Below, piece after piece: positions 1 to 6,436 of a DNA stretch of 10,311 bases. This stretch comes from Planctomycetota bacterium (GTDB taxonomy: Bacteria; Planctomycetota; SZUA-567; H5-PLA8), in NCBI GenBank assembly GCA_045863855.1, contig BTVV01000175.1, forward strand, positions 1 to 10,311. Direction: 5' to 3'. Made by a program: the position numbers and the translations under genes. Numbering within the stretch: position 1 is the stretch's first letter; every line of letters begins with the position of its first letter. A model generated the notes under the pieces. That model had not been told where the DNA came from, searched no databases, and saw nothing but the letters and a program-made list of their open reading frames with translations.

Positions 1-2
1 CA

Positions 3-41
3 GCGGAGCGCCGGGACGACCGGCAGCAGGCCGGTTGGTGA
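3..41 (+). CDS. 3' end of an upstream ORF entering from the window edge (…AERRDDRQQAGW*)
   Basis: Frame 3 is open from the edge to TGA at 39-41. It is followed directly by the GGGGAGG RBS of the next gene, an operon-like spacing. Too short to identify. Confidence 0.35.
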   Translation, partial: AERRDDRQQAGW

Positions 42-53
42 GGGGAGGTACAT

Positions 54-329
54 ATGGAACATCTGCTCGTGGTCCGGCCGGACGGCACGGTCGAGTTCAT
101 CTGAGATGGCGCGCTCGCGCCCGTGCTGGACGCCGGCGATTTCGCTATCCGGCGCGCGAGTCATGTCGAGCCCATGGTTAATGGCCGATGGCAGGCGGAT
201 CTGGGGTTCGTGGGCGGACCGGCATTGCCGCCCACGGCCACCCGCCGTGCGGCCCTGGCCCTGAAAGTCCAATGGCTGGAAGCGCACGTGCTGCTGCGCG
301 AGCGGTATCGGCCAAGGCAGGCGCCATGA
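54..329 (+). pseudogene. Small conserved hypothetical protein (Planctomycete element-associated type, IRRASHVEP…W.ADL..VGGP motif) with an internal stop
   Basis: RBS GGGGAGG at 42-48 and ATG at 54. Translation MEHLLVVRPDGTVEFI*DGALAPVLDAGDFAIRRASHVEP… has TGA at 102-104, in frame with the 123..329 ORF. The motif is recalled from small proteins found downstream of AAA/DUF1257/DUF2997 clusters. Confidence 0.7.
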
Positions 330-430
330 AGCCAACGGTCGCCTCGGTCGCAGCCGGTCAGCCCCCTCGAACCCTTCTCAAAACCGCCGGGTAGCTTGCT
401 GAAGTCCAAGCATAGAGACCAAGAATTGTT

Positions 431-460
431 TTGACTCTTCTACAGCAGGAGTATCATATT
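431..460 (+). promoter_or_regulatory. Putative sigma70-type promoter for the 502 gene
   Basis: TTGACT at 431-436, with TATCAT (452-457, 15-nt spacer) or CATATT (455-460, 18-nt spacer), in an AT-rich intergenic patch. RBS-like AGAGGA at 488-493 and AGGA at 496-499. Confidence 0.4.
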
Positions 461-501
461 CGGATTAGAATCTCCCATTATCCTTAAAGAGGATTAGGAA
501 C

Positions 502-1647
502 ATGCATTTGAACGCCACATTCGTCGCGCGGAGTCTGTGCGTAAGCATTGCCGCTGTAGCTCTTTCGCTCGGCTCCGTAGCCGGCGCGGAAGGGGAAGGG
601 CTGCCCGCTCACCTACCCGAACAGGCTTTCGGGCCGACCACATACCTTGTCGCACACATTTACTCTGATCGACTCACCAGCGAGCGCCTGAAAGAAGCGC
701 TCCAGGCGATTCTGCCTCAAGAGATGTTTCAGCAATTAGCCAAGGAAGACCCCAAGAAGCCGGGCACGCTGCAGCAGGTAAAGGGCCTTGATGAGGGGCT
801 TCTGTTATCCCTCAGGAGCGCTCATTCCTCGGCCTTCATGCTTCTCGCGCATGGAACAGACGGTTCGGTGAACAATTCCTCCGCCTGCTGGATGGTGCCG
901 GCTGCCGGCGCGGCCGGTGACGAGGCCAGGAAATCGCAGGAGGAGCACCTCAAGAAGTTCGCAGCGGGGCTCGGCATGCAGATCTATCCTGTCGGTGCGT
1001 CCTGGTGGGGAATCGCCAAGGCACTGCCGGTTCAGGGCGGCGGCGAACTGCAAATGCTCGACGATGCCACCTTCCACCAGGGGCTTGATCACTTGGCGAA
1101 GTTTGACTTCGCCGCAGTGGTCGTGCCAACCGAGCAGATGGTGAAGCGCATCCTGGAAGAGGCTGGAAAATCCGCGAAGGACGCTGCGGTGGAAAAGGCT
1201 GCCAAGATGTTGCCCACGGTGGCGTGGTACGGGTTCGGCCTGAGCCTTGGCAGGGAACCTCACGCTACCCTGACCTTGGCGATGACCTCCACCGAGGCCG
1301 TCGTTACGTTGGAAGGCGTTTTTCAAGCCGGCCTGGATCGATCGAAAGTCGAATTGGCCAAGGACGTCGAAGCCTATAACAAGGAAGCAGATGCGTACAA
1401 TCAGGATCCCGCGCATACCCCGAAACGAGACCGGCTCGATCCCACAGGCGTAGATCGGCTTTTTTCGGCTCTCGCACGTGACGCGAAGGACGTCTACTGG
1501 TCCCTGGACCTTCCCACGCAGGAACTGAAGGGCTTGGCGGACGGGCTCCAGGTCTTTGGGAACTTGCTGGCCAGCGCGATTGCGGATGCCATCGTTCCTG
1601 ACCTGGTGGATTCGGATAAGGCAAAGGCGCAACAGCCGCAGAAATGA
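502..1647 (+). CDS. Secreted/periplasmic hypothetical protein, 381 aa
   Basis: Long ORF with RBS. Sec-type signal peptide (…RSLCVSIAAVALSLGSVAGA|EG). Segments TTYLVAHI, AAVVVPTEQMVKRILEE and WYGFGLSLG recall the N-terminal domain of some Planctomycete DUF1559-linked proteins, but no DUF1559 domain is visible. Confidence 0.8.
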   Translation: MHLNATFVARSLCVSIAAVALSLGSVAGAEGEGLPAHLPEQAFGPTTYLVAHIYSDRLTSERLKEALQAILPQEMFQQLAKEDPKKPGTLQQVKGLDEGLLLSLRSAHSSAFMLLAHGTDGSVNNSSACWMVPAAGAAGDEARKSQEEHLKKFAAGLGMQIYPVGASWWGIAKALPVQGGGELQMLDDATFHQGLDHLAKFDFAAVVVPTEQMVKRILEEAGKSAKDAAVEKAAKMLPTVAWYGFGLSLGREPHATLTLAMTSTEAVVTLEGVFQAGLDRSKVELAKDVEAYNKEADAYNQDPAHTPKRDRLDPTGVDRLFSALARDAKDVYWSLDLPTQELKGLADGLQVFGNLLASAIADAIVPDLVDSDKAKAQQPQK

Positions 1648-1762
1648 GAAGCGTCGACGCCGGCAGTTACTTCCCGGATCGTCCGTTCTTGGCAATGTCG
1701 CTTTGATCACATGCCCAGTTAAGGGGGACCGCAAGGTGAAACCGACGAAGGAGTTGACCCAC

Positions 1763-3667
1763 TTGAAGTGTTCCGTGCTGTGCATCCTGGTCGTCCTGGC
1801 GGCGACACCAAGGGCCCGTGCCGAAGCAGGGGCCCTGGACGGCATCGATCTCGAGAAGCGGATCGCCTGGGCGATCTACGATATCTTCCACCGGGAGTCG
1901 ACGAAACAGCCGCCCCCGCAAGCCACCATCCAGACCTATCGCGAGCGCGGTAAGTCCCAGGAGAAACTTGGTGTCACACACGCGTATTGGGAGGATTTCC
2001 AGAGCCCCGAGGACAAGCAGCCGATACGCCTGTACACCGAAGTCGTTCAACTGCCTCCGGACTGGAAGGAGGACGCGGAGGCGGCCGCGGCCTGGAAGGA
2101 GCGCGCCAAGCCAAGCGATCCGAGCACGAATGGCGAAGTCTATGTCCAGAAGAAGACCGTAGGGCAGGTCCACCGGACACGGGTCTATTTCCGCCTCGTG
2201 AGCGGCCAGCTAATGCTCAAGATGTGGGAACACCGCAACAGCGAGGCCGCCCATACGGATGAGGAACTGGTGGCCAAGGCCCTTCCATGGTGGAAGAGCT
2301 TCCACAAGAACGCGGTCGAAAAAGGCCTTCTGGTCTCGACCCGCATCGTGGTCGAAGCGCGTCCCTCCGAGGCGAACAAGCAGGGTCCGCTATCGGAGGA
2401 CGAGGTCGTGTCGTTATTGGAGAATCGTGACAAGACCGCCGAAATCCCGCTTCGCATCAGCGCCGTCGGTCCGGAAGTTCGGCCCGACAAGCCCTACAAG
2501 CTCCAGATCCTTGTGAGCGAGAAGCTCGGCCAAGCCGGTGGAACGCTCCTGTACGCGGACGGTACACCGCTGTCTGACGAGGACGGAGACGGCCGGCTCG
2601 ATCTAGCCGTGGCGCGCGGAGACACGCCCGCTGACGTCGTTGCGCGCTTCGCCCCTTTTGTGGCCGAGAATGGCGCCTCCGTCCGAAAAGGCGCCCTGCA
2701 CCAGGTACTGCAGGTCCGGATCCGGATCGTTGACAGGGATAACAAGGCAAAGGCGCAACAGGACATTGCCGTACAGCGCAGGGACTGGACGCCGGTTGTA
2801 ACGCGATTCGAGCTGATTGGCCGAGACTGGACCCCAAAGTATCCGCCTGCCGATCCCGATTCGAAGGTACCGGGCGACCTGCAGAACCGATTCAACGAGT
2901 ACAACGACCCGAAGGGGTATCTGCTCAAACATGTCTGGGAGACGCAGATTGCGCCGATGGCCTCCAGCAAGGACACGTATGGACCCCAGGATCCCGTTGT
3001 CCTGGGCTGGCGGGTGGACGAGCAGAAGCCCGAAGTTTTCTACTTGGCCTTGAATGCACAGGAGAAGCGGTCCCTGTTCGGCGTGCCCGAAAAGTCGCCG
3101 CAGTATGTCGTAGCGGATGTGAAAATTGTCTCCGAGACGGTCGCCACAGATATCGATTTTGACGCAGAGGATTTCGGAGCTGGGCCTGCCGCCGGAGGAG
3201 ATCGTTTGGACAACCCCGAGTTTGACTTCTACAAGCGCATTCAGGTCGATGACCTGGCGTTGACCATGCGTCGGCTTGCAGTCGAGGGCGTGGGAGCGCC
3301 GGAGGCCGACGCCCAGAGGGCGCAGGCGGAGGAACGATTGGCGGAGCAGTTGCGCAAGGACGGAACGGAACTGGCGAACGCAGACAAGGTGGAAACGGTG
3401 CTGGAACGTTGGCAGACTGGCCGTTCAAGCCTGAACGACTATTTCCCCTTTTCGGAGCGCGGCAAGCCGCCCGCCGAACGCACGCGCGGCGAGGACCAGC
3501 GGCTCGCCCGCCTTCCTGGCACCTATGCGCTTCGCCTGAAGATGGAGCTTTCTTATGCAGGGGTGGCCGCTACGGCCAAGAAGATCGACGTCAGCATACG
3601 CTACAACGTTGTCGGTCAAACGTTCAAGACGCAGATCCTGCAATACGAGCAGGGACGACTGAAGTAA
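1763..3667 (+). CDS. Large secreted hypothetical protein (~634 aa) with a DxDxDG Ca-binding-like loop
   Basis: Same frame as ORF 1556..3667. Start placed at TTG 1763 because AAGGAG lies at 1748-1753 and a signal peptide follows (MKCSVLCILVVLAATPRARA|EA). GTG 1736 is an alternative start. DEDGDGRLD at 2576-2602. Confidence 0.8.
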   Translation: MKCSVLCILVVLAATPRARAEAGALDGIDLEKRIAWAIYDIFHRESTKQPPPQATIQTYRERGKSQEKLGVTHAYWEDFQSPEDKQPIRLYTEVVQLPPDWKEDAEAAAAWKERAKPSDPSTNGEVYVQKKTVGQVHRTRVYFRLVSGQLMLKMWEHRNSEAAHTDEELVAKALPWWKSFHKNAVEKGLLVSTRIVVEARPSEANKQGPLSEDEVVSLLENRDKTAEIPLRISAVGPEVRPDKPYKLQILVSEKLGQAGGTLLYADGTPLSDEDGDGRLDLAVARGDTPADVVARFAPFVAENGASVRKGALHQVLQVRIRIVDRDNKAKAQQDIAVQRRDWTPVVTRFELIGRDWTPKYPPADPDSKVPGDLQNRFNEYNDPKGYLLKHVWETQIAPMASSKDTYGPQDPVVLGWRVDEQKPEVFYLALNAQEKRSLFGVPEKSPQYVVADVKIVSETVATDIDFDAEDFGAGPAAGGDRLDNPEFDFYKRIQVDDLALTMRRLAVEGVGAPEADAQRAQAEERLAEQLRKDGTELANADKVETVLERWQTGRSSLNDYFPFSERGKPPAERTRGEDQRLARLPGTYALRLKMELSYAGVAATAKKIDVSIRYNVVGQTFKTQILQYEQGRLK

Positions 3668-3672
3668 CGGGC

Positions 3673-3708
3673 TTTCTTGCCTTGGCTGGGAAAATAGCCA
3701 GCAAGAGG
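3673..3708 (+). terminator. Stem-loop just after the stop codon (possible terminator or 3' stabiliser)
   Basis: TTTCTTGC(3673-80)/GCAAGAGG(3701-08) outer stem, 2-nt bulge, TGGCTG/TAGCCA inner stem, loop GGAAAA. No U-tract follows. Confidence 0.4.
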
Positions 3709-3873
3709 CTGTCCTCCTCGCCGTAATGTTTGGGCGATCTGGCGAGAAGACGGTTGAGGGGACGGCTGGTTGCGCCATCCTGCGGCACGACTTCGTACCT
3801 GCTTGCGCGGCCTCATCGTCTGCTCCCCATGATTGAGAGCGGAGACGACTTTAACGCCGACGGCCTTGGGAAT

Positions 3874-3894
3874 ACGGGATTAGCAAACGGCTCC
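3874..3894 (+). repeat. Copy 1 of a 21-bp imperfect direct repeat (IS66 right-end-like)
   Basis: ACGGGATTAGCAAACGGCTCC matches 4037-4057 at 18/21 positions. Confidence 0.65.
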
Positions 3895-4057
3895 TCCGTA
3901 CGTGTACCTCCTCGATGTCATCCGGCGCGTCGCGGGCATCAAAACGCCAGCGCGGGAGTTGATCCCCTCCCAATGGAAGCAGTTGTTGCCCTGGCCGGTC
4001 GAACAGTTGGCCGGCTCACCCGCTCAACTCACCGGCACGGGATAAACGAACGGCTCC
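3893..4057 (+). mobile_element. IS66-family transposase (TnpC) C-terminal remnant with degenerate right end
   Basis: A frame absent from the ORF track reads PPYVYLLDVIRRVAGIKTPARELIPSQWKQLLPW…TG* (stop 4043-45). This fits the IS66 C-terminal pattern P..YL.DVL.R…..L.P..WK. It is overlapped by ACGGGATAAACGAACGGCTCC, similar to IS66 ends (…GAACGGTTAC). Confidence 0.7.
4037..4057 (+). repeat. Copy 2 of the 21-bp imperfect direct repeat (IS66 right-end-like)
   Basis: ACGGGATAAACGAACGGCTCC, overlapping the stop of the IS66 remnant. Confidence 0.65.
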
Positions 4058-4077
4058 CATGGTCAACCAAAGCAAAT

Positions 4078-4215
4078 CCTCCAGCTGACCAAGCCGAACG
4101 CGTGCGGCAGTCTTTTTTGCTCACGCATCCGGACCTTCTACCGGCCCTCATTAGAGTGCGCATCAAAACTGCTAGTTGTCCATTTCACGAAGAACAAGGG
4201 CAGTAGCTCGTGCGA
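4078..4215 (+). pseudogene. Remnant of a DnaG-type CHC2 zinc-binding domain (primase N-terminus)
   Basis: PPADQAERVRQSFLL…KTASCPFHEEQGQ*LVR aligns by eye with IP.EEIER.KQ…CPFHDD..PSLVV. CPFH is at 4177-4188, and TAG (4204-06) sits at the conserved Ser position (TCG>TAG is one change). The second Cys pair is absent. Confidence 0.55.
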
Positions 4216-4225
4216 GACCATCGGG

Positions 4226-5620
4226 TCATATCGTCCTGTCGATGACCTTGGAAATTCGCTCAATCTCGGGATTTTCAACATTCTGAATTTCGAAAAACTC
4301 CATGGAAATTCCTTTCAATAATTGGTGCAATCTCGATTGTGCAAAGCCCAAATGTATCGTGACCAGTTTAGTGCCGGACTTCTCCATCCATGTGTCAAAG
4401 GACTTATACCAGCGAATCTCGCGTTTCGTGGGCTCTTCTTCCGCGTCACCGATCAACAAGATGTCCGCCGAACGAAGGCGCTTGGTCCGCACCAGGCGTC
4501 TGCAGGCACGCAGCGCAGTAGTGTAGCTGTTTTCTATTCCTAATCCGACTTGCAGGATTTCCAATATTCGCTCGGGGGTCGTTGATCGCCAGGGAAGGTC
4601 GATTATCTTCACTTCGGTATCGAAGAAGATTACGCACGTATCTCGCCGCTCCCCAAAGGCCTGCTTGCAAACGAAAAGGGCTATAGCGCGGGCGAGTGCG
4701 CTTTTGGCGCCCTCCATTGAGCTCGAACGATCGATGCAGATACAAATGGGACCGCGATCGTACTCGCGAGGCAATTGCTCGTACTGAAGCAATCCCCGCT
4801 CCGTGAACCTCCTGTAGAACTCCCATTTTAATTCGGGAGAAGCCAGCAATATCCATTCGGACGGTATCACGCGCGCCAGTTCAATGCCTCGGGTCACATC
4901 GCAAAGCTCACCTGTCGGCGGCTGCGCGCCCACGGTGCGAAGGTGGGATTCCGAATCCGTCAATCGTCCGAGAATGCGCAGGATACGCAGGAGCTCGGGG
5001 TCGCCATCCAGCACCTGGAGAAGTTTGTCCAGGAATGGAATGCGGTCAAATGGCTGGGTGCGACGCGACGGCGGAATAATTTGTAGCATTCCACTGGCGT
5101 TCACAAGATTGGACAGCTGTCCCATCTGCGCAATCTTTTCCCTTATTGCTTTGAGAAGAGCACGATCCATTTGCCATGTGACCTTGGCGCGGTCCCGCAG
5201 GATACTGCCGCGGTCGGCCATTCCTGGGCGGGTGGTTTGAAGGGCTCCAGACACCGGAACGGTAGAAGCGCCCTTTTCTGCATGTTTACCTTCGTCTTGC
5301 TGAGGATTCAGGATGCGAAATACGGCCAGGGCTGCGGTTACGCTCGAAGCCAAGTCACCAATGGTAGCATGCCGCTCCAGGTCGGCGTGCAGGGACTGTT
5401 GGAGATCAAGGATCACACCTGCATGGGCCGGAAAGTTTCCGGAAGGGACCGGCTTACGCTCATGAAAGAAGACGACCAAGTCGCTGAAGAGATTCCGATG
5501 GCAGCCGGTGGTAATCACCGAAACTGCGGGATCGGTGGACAGCATTACGCTATCAAAAAAATTCTGAATAGCTTCTTCAAGGCCGTTGTGGCCTATAAGA
5601 AACCGGTCAGGCGGTGGCAT
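4226..5620 (-). CDS. ViaA-like von Willebrand factor A (vWA) domain protein, 464 aa
   Basis: ARVIPSEWILLASPELKWEFYRRFTERGLLQY followed by RGPICICIDRSSSMEG closely parallels ViaA (LRLLPPEL…EFYRRLVEKQLLTY…RGPFIVCVDTSGSMGG). MIDAS DxSxS at 4718-4732 and ADILLIGD near 4445. Overlaps the upstream ravA-like stop by 14 bp and has a GGAG RBS. Confidence 0.88.
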   Translation of the reverse strand: MPPPDRFLIGHNGLEEAIQNFFDSVMLSTDPAVSVITTGCHRNLFSDLVVFFHERKPVPSGNFPAHAGVILDLQQSLHADLERHATIGDLASSVTAALAVFRILNPQQDEGKHAEKGASTVPVSGALQTTRPGMADRGSILRDRAKVTWQMDRALLKAIREKIAQMGQLSNLVNASGMLQIIPPSRRTQPFDRIPFLDKLLQVLDGDPELLRILRILGRLTDSESHLRTVGAQPPTGELCDVTRGIELARVIPSEWILLASPELKWEFYRRFTERGLLQYEQLPREYDRGPICICIDRSSSMEGAKSALARAIALFVCKQAFGERRDTCVIFFDTEVKIIDLPWRSTTPERILEILQVGLGIENSYTTALRACRRLVRTKRLRSADILLIGDAEEEPTKREIRWYKSFDTWMEKSGTKLVTIHLGFAQSRLHQLLKGISMEFFEIQNVENPEIERISKVIDRTI

Positions 5621-6167
5621 CGGCCAAGCTCCGCCGCATGTTTTGCAGACTATCCCTTACCTGGCTGACATCTTCCAGGAAATCTTCGGGCGTGTTTTTC
5701 AGAATCCCTTCAGCCTCCATAAGCAATGGGTCGGTCAGGGCCAAAAACTCCTTCTGCAAGGTCCGGATCTTCTCGACGTGCGATTCCTTGCGTAACGATT
5801 CGAGGATTTTGTGGTAACCGTGACGCGCCTTGTCCAACAGCTTCCGTGCCTGGCAAAGTTCCGGCGACAGCGCGCCTGTCAACACTTCGGCAACCTTGGG
5901 CAGATCCTCCTTCTTGTTCCACAAGGCGTGTTCCAGTACGAGGAGATGCTTGGGCCTGATTTCGGAGCCTTCAAGCCATGCCGCAGCACGAAGCACGTCC
6001 AGACATTGTCGGAATCGCCGGTCCGATGGAAAGACGCCTTGGAATGCAAGCTGCTGGCGAATTCGCGCCAGCAAGTCGATCATATCGCCGCGTATGGCGA
6101 TAACTTGGACTGCGCATCGGGCTTCCTCCAACTGTTTTACTGAGAGGGGTATGCCTGCGAGCCGATG
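5607..6167 (-). pseudogene. RavA/MoxR-family AAA+ ATPase, lid and C-terminal helical part only (5' truncated)
   Basis: PSDRRFRQCLDVLRAAAWLEG…HLLVLEHALW matches the RavA lid (SDRRW…L.ASAFF.GR…L.DCLW). The frame stays open upstream of TTG 6131 through PLSVKQLEEAR to a TAA near 6168-6170. No Walker A or B is found in any frame up to 6437. Confidence 0.8.
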
Positions 6168-6436
6168 TTAACTTCGGCTTTGGGCCGTGCTTGGAATGCT
6201 TCCGTGCTCTGGGTTTCATCTGTCTGGACTCCCAACCTGGAAATTTGCCATCCCGGGACACCGGTTATGTAAGATCTTTCGGGATAATGTGTTAGCTACA
6301 CCCCGAACTAATATCCCAGTTCCTTCACCCTGTAAAGTCTTGCGCTGTAACTGGTTACCCCGCCCTCCGTTTGTAAATCCTTGCCGTATTGCCATAATTT
6401 GTTTGCGAGTAAAGACTTCGATAACCGGCATCCCGG

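Noticed and set aside
102..104. TGA recoding (Trp/Gly/Sec) suggested by in-frame TGAs at 102 and 9748
   Set aside because: TGA is the apparent true stop of several genes here (1647, 4226, 5607, 10131). Both cases lie in decayed DNA with no selenoprotein context.
480..494. ATCCT-TAAAG-AGGAT hairpin over the RBS of the 502 gene
   Set aside because: A 5-bp stem is too weak to distinguish from chance.
1556..1762. ORF-track start of the 703-aa protein at 1556
   Set aside because: It overlaps the upstream gene by 92 bp and gives an Arg-rich leader that does not look like real protein. The RBS and signal peptide support 1763 (or 1736).
805..1845. 346-aa minus-strand ORF
   Set aside because: Antisense shadow of two well-supported genes in GC-rich DNA, with no recognisable motifs.
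3874..4057. CRISPR mini-array or att sites
   Set aside because: Only two copies, with a 142-bp coding-like interval, and no cas or integrase gene nearby. IS66 ends explain them better.
3730..4206. 158-aa ORF as a real gene
   Set aside because: It is a chance read-through across unrelated remnants. The IS66 tail is in a different frame and only the last ~45 codons look like a CHC2 fragment.
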